Below are positions 35,931-45,644 of a DNA stretch of 50,994 bases, in pieces. Positions within the stretch are counted from its first letter, which is position 1. Each line of letters opens with the position of its first letter. The DNA is from Gemmatimonadota bacterium. Lineage in GTDB: Bacteria > Gemmatimonadota > Gemmatimonadetes > Palauibacterales > Palauibacteraceae. The stretch spans positions 1-50,994 of the forward strand of contig JBHIAV010000017.1 of assembly GCA_046758745.1 (NCBI GenBank), read 5' to 3'. Below the pieces are notes generated by a model. The model searched no databases and had not been told where the DNA came from. It saw only the letters and a list, made by a program, of their open reading frames with translations. A program made the translations under genes and the position numbers.

Positions 35931-37532
35931 CTACGGGCGCCGGCCGTCGTCGATCCACAGGAACTCCACCCCACCGAACGGCCAGCGCCAGGCGGGCGGG
36001 ATCCACCCGTCGTGGTTGAAGCCACGGATTCGCCGCTTGGCCACGATCGGGTAGACCATCGGATAGAGATAGGTGGCCGGCAGCGCTTCTCGAAACTCGG
36101 GCGCGAGCTCCCGGTACAGGCGCTCCCGCTCGCCAAAGTCCGGTTCCCCGCGCGAAGTGTCGATGAGCTGGACGATGCGAGGATAGGCCTCGACGAGCGT
36201 GGTGTCGGCATAGAGGGGCAAGAACGGTGATGGGGCGAGGAGTTCCTCGATGCGCACGATCGGTGGGATTCCCGCCTCGAACTCTCCGTCGCGGAGCCGG
36301 TCGCGCACCAGAGTGCCGTCCAGAGTCTGCACCTCCATCCGCACGCCGAGCCTTCGAAGCTGGTCCTGGACGACGAGCGCGGCGCGCTCCTCAGAACCCG
36401 CGACGATCGTGGTGAAGCGGGCATCCATCCCGTCCCGCTCGCGGACGCCGTCCCCGTCTTCGTCCCGCCAGTCGGCTTCCTCCAGCGATCGCGCGGACGC
36501 CGCCGGGTCGTACGGCCACGGCTCGGTCAGCTCCCCCCGACTGAATTGGCAAGACGTGTAGGGTGCGTCGGTCAGCGGGACGTCCTCCCGATACCCGAGC
36601 ACCTGGTGCACCACGGACCGGTCGATGGCCTGGGTCAGGGCGCGTCGGACGAGTCGGTTCCCCAGGAAGTGGTGGCCCGGATTGTAAGCCAGCCAGCGGG
36701 TGTGGCTCGTCGAGACTCGGTAATAGGCCCGGAAACTAGGATCCTCCGCCAGCTCGCTCGCCTGAAGAGGAGTCAGGATCGAGATGAGGTCGGCGTTTCC
36801 GCTCCGCATCTCCAGCAGTCCACTGCCGCTCCCCGCGGCCGTAAACCGAAGCACGAGGCGGTCGATGCGAGGCTTCCCGCGGTAGTAGTCGGGGTTCGCT
36901 TCCAGCTCCATCATCGTCTGCGGCACGTGACGCTCGTAGCGGTATGGTCCGTTCCCCACCGGGCGCGTCCAGAACTCCCATTCGTAGAATGCCTTCGGGT
37001 CGAGGACCTCCAGGAGGTGTTTGGGATAGAAGGTCGCCCAACCCTCCAGCGGCCACCGGTCGGGCTTGCTGAGAAAGAACTGTACGCTCCGCTCGTCCAG
37101 AACCTGCACGGAGTCCACCGGACCGGCGTTGTAGCTCAGGACGTCGGGGTGCTTCAAGAGGTCGATGGTGAACTCGATGTCGTCGGCCGTCACAGGCACG
37201 CCGTCGTGCCAGCGAACACCGTGGCGCAGCCACACCGTCCAGACGCGGTAGTCGGAGGAGTGCTCCCACCGCTCGGCCAGAGCGCCGGTCGGTTCACCGC
37301 ACTGGCGGGGATTCTCGAAGTTCACCAGGGGAAGAAAAACCAGGAACTTGGGGGAGTCGTCCCAGGACGGGCCGAGCACCCGTTCGTCTGCCGGATAGAG
37401 GATGGTGATCGTGGAGGTGCCGCCCCCTCGGGCCTCGTCGGTGGAGTGGCAGGCCGCCGCGGTAAGGAGGGACGGAACGATGCAGGCGACGGTGCACCGT
37501 GCGAGCAGGCCAGGGAGAGTGAGTTTCGGCAT
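35931..37532 (-). CDS. ABC transporter family-5 solute-binding lipoprotein (OppA-like)
   Basis: Lipobox AAAC; LAERWE, WHDGVPVTADD, PVGNGPY, VRRALTQAIDR. Confidence 0.9.
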   Translation of the reverse strand: MPKLTLPGLLARCTVACIVPSLLTAAACHSTDEARGGGTSTITILYPADERVLGPSWDDSPKFLVFLPLVNFENPRQCGEPTGALAERWEHSSDYRVWTVWLRHGVRWHDGVPVTADDIEFTIDLLKHPDVLSYNAGPVDSVQVLDERSVQFFLSKPDRWPLEGWATFYPKHLLEVLDPKAFYEWEFWTRPVGNGPYRYERHVPQTMMELEANPDYYRGKPRIDRLVLRFTAAGSGSGLLEMRSGNADLISILTPLQASELAEDPSFRAYYRVSTSHTRWLAYNPGHHFLGNRLVRRALTQAIDRSVVHQVLGYREDVPLTDAPYTSCQFSRGELTEPWPYDPAASARSLEEADWRDEDGDGVRERDGMDARFTTIVAGSEERAALVVQDQLRRLGVRMEVQTLDGTLVRDRLRDGEFEAGIPPIVRIEELLAPSPFLPLYADTTLVEAYPRIVQLIDTSRGEPDFGERERLYRELAPEFREALPATYLYPMVYPIVAKRRIRGFNHDGWIPPAWRWPFGGVEFLWIDDGRRP

Positions 37533-37630
37533 CGCTCGAGGGGAGTGGTTGATGGACGGTTGCTGCTGAACCGCTAAGCTAGCGTATGGCCCGGCGGATC
37601 GCTCGTCTGGGCCCGGGATCGGGCGTCGTC

Positions 37631-37658
37631 TTGCAAGGTAGCTACATGTAGCTACATT
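37631..37658 (+). promoter_or_regulatory. Leaderless-type promoter with a perfect 18-bp palindromic operator
   Basis: TTGCAA-16 bp-TACATT, ATG 6 nt later; GTAGCTACATGTAGCTAC (37638-37655) is its own reverse complement. Confidence 0.75.
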
Positions 37659-37664
37659 CGGAGC

Positions 37665-37955
37665 ATGAGAACGGTGGGCATTCGCGAGCTCAAGAACCGG
37701 CTGAGCGAGTACGTGCGCCTAGTCCGCAGGGGCGAGGAGATCCTTGTCACGGACCGGGGCGTCGTGGTGGCGGAGCTCAGAAGGCCGGGCCGGACGTCGC
37801 AGGAGACTCCCTACCCGGCCCTGCTGGAGCTTGCGCGGCGTGGCGCCGCACGCCTCGGGGCTCCGAACCGGGACGATCTTTATCCGTGTATGGATCCCGT
37901 ACTGTCCGAGGGTGAAGCTCTCAGGCTCCTGGATGAGGAACGGGGGCGGCGTTGA
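37665..37955 (+). CDS. Phd/YefM-fold antitoxin
   Basis: MRTVGIRELKNRLSEYVRLVRRGEEILVTDRGVVVAEL. Confidence 0.92.
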   Translation: MRTVGIRELKNRLSEYVRLVRRGEEILVTDRGVVVAELRRPGRTSQETPYPALLELARRGAARLGAPNRDDLYPCMDPVLSEGEALRLLDEERGRR

Positions 37956-38383
37956 CTCTCTACGCGGAGTCGAGCGCCGTTCTCTCGTGGCTTCTCGGCG
38001 AAACCGGGGCGAGCGCCGTCCGGTCGGCGTTCGGCGATGCCGATGTCGTGCTCACATCCGAGATCACGCTCATCGAGTGTGACCGGGTGCTGATTCGGGC
38101 GATCACTACCCGCCAGCTCGAAGAGGGAATCGGCGCCGATCGACGGGCCGTGCTGCGAAACGTGTCCGAGCATTGGACCATACTCGGTCTGGAGTCGGAG
38201 GTCGTCGAGCGCGCGCGCCGATCGTTCCCCCACGAGCCGGTGCGGACGCTGGACGCCCTTCACCTCTCCTTCGCGCTGTTCGCTCGCTCGCTCGTGCCCG
38301 GGACGCGGCTACTGTCTCTGGATGACCGCCTGCGTGCCTGCGGGCGAGAGCTCGGGTTCAAGGTGGTTCCGGACCCGACCTAG
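37952..38383 (+). CDS. vapC: PIN-domain VapC toxin
   Basis: LYAESSAVL, TLIE, VRTLDALHL, LSLDDRL; TTGA overlap with the antitoxin stop. Confidence 0.9.
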   Translation: MTLYAESSAVLSWLLGETGASAVRSAFGDADVVLTSEITLIECDRVLIRAITTRQLEEGIGADRRAVLRNVSEHWTILGLESEVVERARRSFPHEPVRTLDALHLSFALFARSLVPGTRLLSLDDRLRACGRELGFKVVPDPT

Positions 38384-38929
38384 CGACGGACCCTCCACCG
38401 AAAGTCGTTTCCCCCCAAGAGCGCCAGCGTAAGCGCGCAACGAACCCGGGAGTCGCGGAAGCGGGTGTCACAAGCAACTCGCAGCGGTCTACGACCTCTC
38501 GCCACCACGTATAGGCTCTTCCCCTACCTCGCGCTGAGTGATTGTCGTAGTCGCAACTGCGAGAACACCCAATTGACAAAGACAGGCAACGTTCTGCAGA
38601 CTCGGTGAATCCAGATTCCGATGCAAGAAAACGACGACTGGTGGCATCGTTATCATATGGAGCCCTCTACATCTCCGGGCGTCAGAAAAGGTAAGTTCCA
38701 TAAGTTCCAGCATAATAGGCTGTAATGACAGAGAAGCGGGAGAGCTCGATCTGGCCTCGATGTGGAGTGCGAAGCAGGAGGCGAGGTGGTGCTTCGGCTC
38801 GGGCAGGGAGGGGAGCTCTCGGGGACTATCTGGACGCATAGCAATAGCAGAGGCTGTTCCAACCGCAGGATCTTGGACTCCCACGATGGGTCGGTGGTAT
38901 CCATTGGGCTGGGTGTGCCAGGTTTTTCG

Positions 38930-39352
38930 AACACCCGCCTTCCGTTGCCTCAGGCCGAACGCGATGGAGGTGTACTGGCACCCCTGATCGGAGTGATGGA
39001 TCACCGTCTCCGGCCCCCGCTGCCAGAGCGCCAGGTTCCGCGCCTTGAGCACCGGCTCGGTCCTGCGATGCGTCGCCATCGCCCGGCCCAGGATTCGGCG
39101 GCCGAAGGCGTTCAACACCACCACCGGCTCTTCCGTCGTCGGGCCGTCCGAGCGGCGACCCTCCTCCACCTCCGTCTGGCGCACCCGATTCAGGATCGTC
39201 TCCGCCGAGGGCTCGAATTCCCGCGACAGCTCCTCGCGCGTGCGACCGATCCGGATCAACTCTACGATCCGTCGCCGGAAGGCCGGCGGGTACGGCGGTC
39301 TCGTTCTCGGCATCGTGGACTTCTCCTCTCTCCCAAGACGAAACCGGGTTCA
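38930..39352 (-). mobile_element. IS3-family remnant: orfA N-terminus fused to an internal orfB (rve) fragment
   Basis: MPRTRPPYPPAFRRRIVEL...LSREFEPSAETI (OrfA HTH) joined to VVLNAFGRRILG...VIHHSDQGCQYTS (DDE core fragment); TGAACC-type left end at ~39352. Confidence 0.85.
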
Positions 39353-39403
39353 CTCCCTGTTTGGTGGTAGAACCCCCCGCTCGTGGTCCAAAGGCAGGGT
39401 ATT

Positions 39404-40033
39404 ATGATCCGGATATTCATCGTTGACGACGACCCGATCGCGCGTGAGGGTCTGAGACGGATCGTCTCGGCGTGGCCTGACATGCGAGTGGTGGGCGAGG
39501 CCGCCATCGCCGACGAGGTGTTGGCAGAGCGTAGGTTCGAAACTGTAGACGTCCTCCTTCTGGATGTCTCGAGGCCTAACCCGACGATATTCGGGACAAT
39601 GAGCCGCCTCGCGTCGGAGCGGCCTCGCTTACGCTTGCTGGTTATCCGCGCGCCCCCCCAGATAGATTATGCCGTTCGGTCGCTCAGGGCAGGCGCAGCA
39701 GGCTACCTCACCACGGATCGCTCTCCCCTGGAGCTGGCCCATGCCATCCGACGTGTGCACCGGGGAGGGAAGTACGTCACGGGGTGGCTTGGAGAAAGGC
39801 TCGCGTTCGAACTGGCGTTAGACGGGACGAGGTCACCGCATGAAGCCCTCTCCCGGCGTGAATACGAGGTGATGAGTATGCTGGCCTCAGGGCGGACGGT
39901 TGGAGAGATCGCTAAACAGCTGTCGTTAAGCCCCAAAACCGTCAGCAGCCACAAATCACGAATTCTCCGAAAAATGAAGCTCAGGAACAATGCTGAGCTG
40001 GTCCGTTACGCGGTAGAGAACAAACTCATGTAG
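39404..40033 (+). CDS. NarL/FixJ-family response regulator (receiver + LuxR HTH) with an atypical receiver
   Basis: IFIVDDD, LLLD, LSRREYEV...IAKQLSLSPKTVSSHKSRI; GYLTT in place of GYLxK. Confidence 0.9.
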   Translation: MIRIFIVDDDPIAREGLRRIVSAWPDMRVVGEAAIADEVLAERRFETVDVLLLDVSRPNPTIFGTMSRLASERPRLRLLVIRAPPQIDYAVRSLRAGAAGYLTTDRSPLELAHAIRRVHRGGKYVTGWLGERLAFELALDGTRSPHEALSRREYEVMSMLASGRTVGEIAKQLSLSPKTVSSHKSRILRKMKLRNNAELVRYAVENKLM

Positions 40034-40964
40034 GGCCGACCTTCCCCGCTCGGGTTGCCGACAGCATAGCCCATCGAGACGCCCCCCAATTACGGAAGCG
40101 AACCGCCCTGCAGTCCGCTGCTGCCGGCTCGCTCTCCTCCTCCAAGTTACCTGTCGGAATGTCGACCAATTCATCATCGGTTGTCGTTGGTGTTCATGCC
40201 CCTCCGCGAGATCCGCTGCCATAGGTCGGGAAGCTTTCCGCATGGGCCGAACAGCAATTCCCTGACAAGTTCAAGACGTATACCTACAGGGCGGTGCGCC
40301 CTCCCCCGATACCGCACCTCATTGCGCGTTCCGTAGTTTGTCACGTGGGAATCGAGACTCTGGCCATTCAGCAAAAGGACCGAGTTGCGGTTGGCGGAAC
40401 CTCGTAGGGCTGCCGACGACGAAGCAACCAGGTCCCAGTACATCGACGACAATCCAAGCGACGTCCGACTGGTTTAGGAAAGCTGGCGCAGGTTCCGCGA
40501 GCCCGCGTCGTCGTGCAGAGCCCCGAGCGGCTCATCGCCTGTTTGAAAGCGCCTGGGTGAGGCGGGAGTCCAAATGATCTTCCTGGACCTTCCACTGCCA
40601 AATGGCCAGGGGTTGTGCGCACGCCGGACGACGGGCGGCACGGGACAAAGGATGGACGAAGGGACTCTGTCGCTCCTTTAAAAAAACGTTGTTCGCGACC
40701 AAGGAGTTTCGGTACGGACCGACCCGTGTCTCACCACCGCGCGCCGAATCGCGAAGCAGAGCACTGGACCTCCAACAGGGCGCAAGGCGGCTTCAGCGTG
40801 GATATATGCCTGCCCAGAGTCGAGAAGTCGGACGAGTCGGAGGCTCTTGCGCGGTCGACGGGTTCGTCAATGGAGGACCTGGAACAGCTATGGCAAACGA
40901 GACCGTCGGGTTTCGACCTCCAGGTCGCGGGAGCGCTGAACCAGGTTCTGGCGGGAGGAGTCGG

Positions 40965-42173
40965 ATGAGCGCGTTTCAACACGACCATGAGGTTGTCGTG
41001 GTTGGCGCAGGACCCGCCGGCAGCTTCACAGCCCTGCGCCTGGCAGAGCTTGGCCATCAGGTGGCGCTGGTAGACAAGAACGCTACCGCGAGATTTGAGA
41101 TCGTCTGTAGCGGAATAATAGGGTGTGAGGCGTACGAGCAGCTGGAGCTTCCTAGAAAGGCCGTGATCGATACGGTCCGTCGCGTCCGGGTCTTCTCCCC
41201 CGCCGGTGTGCAGGTAACCTACGAGCCCCCGAAGCCGCTCGCACACGTGGTGGATCGGACGAAGTTCGATGGGGCGCTGGCGGCGCTTGCCCGAGAGGCA
41301 GGCGTAACCCTGATCCGAGGCTGGGCTGCCTGCGGCGTCGAGAAATCCCGCGACGGCGTGACGCTCACTATCCGGAACGGGCGGACTCGGTCGGTCCGAG
41401 CCAGAGCCCTAGTGGTCGCGACCGGCCACCAGCGCTTTCTCCACAAGGCCGCAGGCCTCGGACGACCCCCGGGATACGTGCACGGCGTGCACGTCGACCT
41501 CCCCTTCGTGGATCTGGACAGCGCGGAGCTGTACTTCGGGAACAAGCTCGCTCCCGGTTACTTCGCATGGGCCGTGCCGTTCGGGCGGGGCACGGCGCGT
41601 CTCGGCGTGCTCGCGCCGCAGGGCGCCCGTCGCCTGTTCCAGAGCTTTTTGGAACGGGAGTCGATCCGAACGCGCCTTCAGACAGGAAGCGGGAGTGTGA
41701 ACGGGAAGCTTCTGCAGAACCGTCTACAAAGCCGAGGGATCGTGCAGGGGCTCGTTAGCCCTAGCTTTGCGGACTTCGCACTGGCGGTCGGGGAAGCGGC
41801 CGGGCAGGTAAAGACCACGACGGCGGGCGGCATCTACTACGGCATCATTGGGGCCGAGATCGCCGCGGAGGTATTGAGCGACGGGCTCCGTCAGAACCGA
41901 TTGCGAGCCCGCGATCTCCGGCGATACGAGGAAGCTTGGGTGGGCCGGCTTGGAAGCGAGATAAGGACGGGCCTCGAGCTTCAGCGGTTGGCTCTTTCCA
42001 TTACTGACCCGGAGATCGACGCGCTCTTCGGCGCTCTTCAAAACGGATTAGGGTCCGCCCTCCGCCAGGTCGTCCGGTTTGACTGGCACCGTCCCGCGCT
42101 GAAGCTGCTCTTCAAGAGCAGCAGGGCGTGGCGACTCGGAACGGTTGCCTTGCCGTCCGTCGGAATCCGATGA
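40965..42173 (+). CDS. Geranylgeranyl-reductase-family FAD-dependent oxidoreductase
   Basis: VVVVGAGPAGS, CSGII, DRTKFD, GYFAWAVP, VGEAAGQVKTTTAGGIYYG. Confidence 0.88.
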   Translation: MSAFQHDHEVVVVGAGPAGSFTALRLAELGHQVALVDKNATARFEIVCSGIIGCEAYEQLELPRKAVIDTVRRVRVFSPAGVQVTYEPPKPLAHVVDRTKFDGALAALAREAGVTLIRGWAACGVEKSRDGVTLTIRNGRTRSVRARALVVATGHQRFLHKAAGLGRPPGYVHGVHVDLPFVDLDSAELYFGNKLAPGYFAWAVPFGRGTARLGVLAPQGARRLFQSFLERESIRTRLQTGSGSVNGKLLQNRLQSRGIVQGLVSPSFADFALAVGEAAGQVKTTTAGGIYYGIIGAEIAAEVLSDGLRQNRLRARDLRRYEEAWVGRLGSEIRTGLELQRLALSITDPEIDALFGALQNGLGSALRQVVRFDWHRPALKLLFKSSRAWRLGTVALPSVGIR

Positions 42174-42305
42174 GCTCCTCTCCCGCACGGCTCACCAGCT
42201 GCGCCGGGCCTCTTCCATCGGGTCCCGGAACGTACTCCCGGAGTCGGTCTGCTACGGTGAGGAGCGGGTCGGAAATGACGGGCTGCACCGTAGGGTGGGA
42301 GGACG

Positions 42306-42953
42306 ATGAGGTGTAGGGACTCGAGGCTCCCGGTTCTTGTGATGCTCGCGTCATCCCTTGCGGCTTTCGGTTGCGTGAGATCTCCGCCGCCCGTGCCTGC
42401 CATCCCTCAGCGGCCGGAGATGCCGGTGGGCCTCAGACCGGGCGATGCGGTTCGGGTGGAGATCTGGCGGGAGCCCGACCTGAGCGGACAATTCGCGGTC
42501 AACCTGAACGGCGTCGTCGTGTTTCCGCTGCTCGGCGAGAGGAAGGTGACGGGAACATCAGCGGATTCTCTCGAACGGCAGCTCGTGAAAGAGTACGGAG
42601 CGTACCTGGAGAACCCATCGGTGAACGTTACCGTGCTGCGCCGGATCGCCATCCTGGGCGAAGTCCGGAAGCCAGGTCTCTACCCGGTAGATGCGACGGT
42701 CAGCTTGACCGATGTGCTGGCGTTGGCGGGCGGGGTCAGCCCCTCCGGCAATAAGGACGACATCCGGCTCATCCGTGACGGAAGGGTCATACGGCGGAGT
42801 CTAGACGGGACCACCGTGATTGCCTCCACGCCGATTCAATCGGGAGACCACATCGAAGTCGGTCTGCGGAGCTGGCTCAGCCGCAACTCGTGGCTCGTCA
42901 CCACGACCATGGCTGCGGCGACGTCCGTTCTCATAGCCGTCACCATACGATAG
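42306..42953 (+). CDS. Polysaccharide export lipoprotein (Poly_export + SLBB; short Wza-like)
   Basis: Lipobox AFGC; LRPGDAV, FPLLG, GEVRKPGLY, LALAGG. Confidence 0.88.
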   Translation: MRCRDSRLPVLVMLASSLAAFGCVRSPPPVPAIPQRPEMPVGLRPGDAVRVEIWREPDLSGQFAVNLNGVVVFPLLGERKVTGTSADSLERQLVKEYGAYLENPSVNVTVLRRIAILGEVRKPGLYPVDATVSLTDVLALAGGVSPSGNKDDIRLIRDGRVIRRSLDGTTVIASTPIQSGDHIEVGLRSWLSRNSWLVTTTMAAATSVLIAVTIR

Positions 42954-42992
42954 TCCGAGATATGTCCGGCGTCTCCAAGGAGCGGGTGCTGA

Positions 42993-45452
42993 ATGGATGA
43001 AAAGCTGCCGGTCGAGCGGGACTCCCGCGTGTACGGTCCCTTCATCGGGATCGATTCTTTCGCGCCCGATCTGCCGACCGTTCGCTCGATAGAGGCTAAG
43101 GGCGACGAGGATGAGTTCGGACTTGAGCACCTCTGGGGCATTCTCCGCCGTCAGGTCTGGTTCATTCTCGCCGCCTTCTGTCTCGTCATCGGGGCCGCTG
43201 CTGTCTACACGTGGCGGCAGGTTCCCGTCTGGCAAGCCTCTACGCTCATCCGGATCGAGGAGGAGCGATCGCGCATCGGCGGGCAGGCGGCCCTGTTTCC
43301 CCAATTGTTGGGAGAGAGCCAGCTGGAGACGGAGATGCGCGTGGTGGCGACCGCGCCGATCCTCTCCCGGGTTGTCGAGACACTCGATCTCAACTTTCAG
43401 GTCCTGGAGCCCGCCGACATTGCGCGCCGTCACCTCTTCTCCGAGTTCGCGTTCGAGCGCTCCACCCGGGGAGTGACCTACAAGGTCTCCCGCCTCGGCG
43501 AAAACCGTTACCAGCTGGAGAGCGTGGGACCGGCAGATTTCACCTTCCGTCGGTCGTTCCGGTCGGGTGACCGGCTCGTGGTTCCCGACGGCTTCTTCGT
43601 GCTGGCTCCCGAGAGCCAGCTCCGGGAGGCCGGGATCGAGCCACCAGTCCACCTGACGGTGCGGACCATCGAGTTCGATGTGGCCGTCAGCGCTCTCCGG
43701 AACGGGTTGACCATCACTCGTCCGGATCGGGAGGCGAGCCTGTTCCAGCTTTCCTACCAGGGGACGGACCGCTACCTGGTGCGGAATCTGGTGAACGAAG
43801 TGGCTGCAGCGTTCATCGCGCAGCGGCGGAGCATCCAGAAGACCGAGGCCCGCAGCACCGTCGCCTTCCTCCAGGAGCAAACCGGCCAGATTCAGACGCA
43901 ACTGGAGGCAGCGGAGAACGCTTTACAGGAGTTCCGGGAGGAGGAGCAGGTCGTGGCGCCGGAGTCCGAGGCGGAGGAGCAGGTCCGGCGTCTCGCCGAG
44001 TTCCAGGCAGAACGCTACCGGCTCGCGGCCGAGCGGGATGCCCTTCGGAACCTGCTGTGGAACATCCGGAGCTCCACCGGTGCGCGGCCGGACTATCTGA
44101 GACTGGTGGCGTTTCCAACGTTCCTGACGAACGAAACGATCCACAACCTTGTGCGGTCGCTCACCACGGCCGAACAGAGACGGACGGCACTCCGCGAACG
44201 GTGGACGGAAAACCATCCGGGCGTGGTGGCGCTAGACCTTCAGATCGAGCAGCTGGAGGAGCGGCTCGGCGCTATCGGCCGGAACTACCTTCAGTCGCTG
44301 GACGACCAGATCGCCTCCTCCGACGCTGTGCTGACGCGCTTCGGTTCGGACCTGGAGAACATTCCCGGAATAGAGATTCAGTACGCCCGGCTGGAGCGCC
44401 AGACCCTGCTGCTCGCGAACCTCCATTCCCTGCTTCAGCAACACCTAAGGGAAGCGGAGATCTCCGAAGCGGTGGAGGACCCGAGCGTGCGGGTCGTAGA
44501 GCCCGCCGTGCTGCCCCGCACGCCCGTGAGGCCCAAGCCGAAACGGAACTTCGTGCTCAGCGCCATTCTCGGCCTGATGCTCGGCGGGGGACTCGCCTAC
44601 GCGCGGGAGCACATGGACAAGTCCATTCACTCGGACGACGACGTGTACCGGGCCCTCGGCTTTCCCGTGCTCAGCCGCGTGCCGCACCTGCCGTTGGCTG
44701 GGGAGAAGTCTCCTCGGCGAGGTAGGCTGGTCGCGGGCCGTCAGGGCTCGCTTCTGGCCGAGTCCTACCGGACCCTGCGGACCAACGTCTGGTTCTTTCG
44801 CCCGGGAGCCGGCAACCTCGGTGCGCGTGAGATGCTGGTGACGAGTCCGGGAGCGCGGGATGGGAAGACCATCACGGCCGGGAACCTGGCCGTCACCTTC
44901 GCTCAGCAGGGGCGCCGGACGCTGCTGGTGGACGCAGACCTCAGGAGGAGTTGCCTCCACCAAGTCTTCGCCGTGGACCGGAAGCCTGGCCTCTCCGAGT
45001 TCCTCGGAGGGCAGATCGGGTTTGAGGACCTCGTGCTACCCACGGACGTGGAAAACCTCTTCCTCGTGCCGGCGGGGATCGGGCCTCCCAATCCCGCCGA
45101 GCTCATCGGCAGTCCGCTGATGGACTATGTGATCCAACGAGCACGGGACTCCTACGAGACCATCATCTTCGACTCCCCGCCGGTGCTCGCCGTGACCGAC
45201 GCGACGATACTCGGCAGGAAGCTGTACGGGGTCATACTGGTCGTCCGCGCTGACTGTACGCACCGGAAGGCGGCCCAGGATGCACTCGAGCAGCTCACGC
45301 AGGTGGGCGCTCAAGTGCTGGGTGTAGTGGTAAACGATGCGAAGGCGAACGGTCGCTATGGATACCGGTATTCCTACTATTACGACTATTACGCGAAGGA
45401 TCAGGAGCAGGCACAGGGACGGGACTTGAAGCACCTGATTCCTTTCAGCTGA
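42993..45452 (+). CDS. wzc: Polysaccharide co-polymerase / BY-kinase
   Basis: Two TMs, coiled coils, AESYRTLRTN, Walker A SPGARDGKT, VDADLR, IFDSPP, tyrosine cluster YGYRYSYYYDYY. Confidence 0.93.
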   Translation: MDEKLPVERDSRVYGPFIGIDSFAPDLPTVRSIEAKGDEDEFGLEHLWGILRRQVWFILAAFCLVIGAAAVYTWRQVPVWQASTLIRIEEERSRIGGQAALFPQLLGESQLETEMRVVATAPILSRVVETLDLNFQVLEPADIARRHLFSEFAFERSTRGVTYKVSRLGENRYQLESVGPADFTFRRSFRSGDRLVVPDGFFVLAPESQLREAGIEPPVHLTVRTIEFDVAVSALRNGLTITRPDREASLFQLSYQGTDRYLVRNLVNEVAAAFIAQRRSIQKTEARSTVAFLQEQTGQIQTQLEAAENALQEFREEEQVVAPESEAEEQVRRLAEFQAERYRLAAERDALRNLLWNIRSSTGARPDYLRLVAFPTFLTNETIHNLVRSLTTAEQRRTALRERWTENHPGVVALDLQIEQLEERLGAIGRNYLQSLDDQIASSDAVLTRFGSDLENIPGIEIQYARLERQTLLLANLHSLLQQHLREAEISEAVEDPSVRVVEPAVLPRTPVRPKPKRNFVLSAILGLMLGGGLAYAREHMDKSIHSDDDVYRALGFPVLSRVPHLPLAGEKSPRRGRLVAGRQGSLLAESYRTLRTNVWFFRPGAGNLGAREMLVTSPGARDGKTITAGNLAVTFAQQGRRTLLVDADLRRSCLHQVFAVDRKPGLSEFLGGQIGFEDLVLPTDVENLFLVPAGIGPPNPAELIGSPLMDYVIQRARDSYETIIFDSPPVLAVTDATILGRKLYGVILVVRADCTHRKAAQDALEQLTQVGAQVLGVVVNDAKANGRYGYRYSYYYDYYAKDQEQAQGRDLKHLIPFS

Positions 45453-45644
45453 TTGGACGGGTTGAACGGGCCGGCGTGAGGTGCCGGCCGCTGAAGAGCT
45501 GGGATTCGAGGGCTGTGTCAGGCGCGCCCCTGTGACTGACGGGGACGGAGTGTGTCTCGAATACACGTCCTGGAGAGGGAGGCGCCGGCGGGTGAAGGGT
45601 GAAGGATCGCGTTTGCCGAATCGGTAGGTGAGAAGGGGAAGAAG

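Noticed and set aside
38489-38930. C-terminal part of the 274-aa ORF as a transposase domain
   Set aside because: Similarity to IS3 ends near 38930; the remainder is read-through into non-coding sequence.
40483-40499. Sigma-54 promoter TGGCGC-N5-CCGC
   Set aside because: The -12 element deviates from TTGC, and such matches are frequent in GC-rich DNA.
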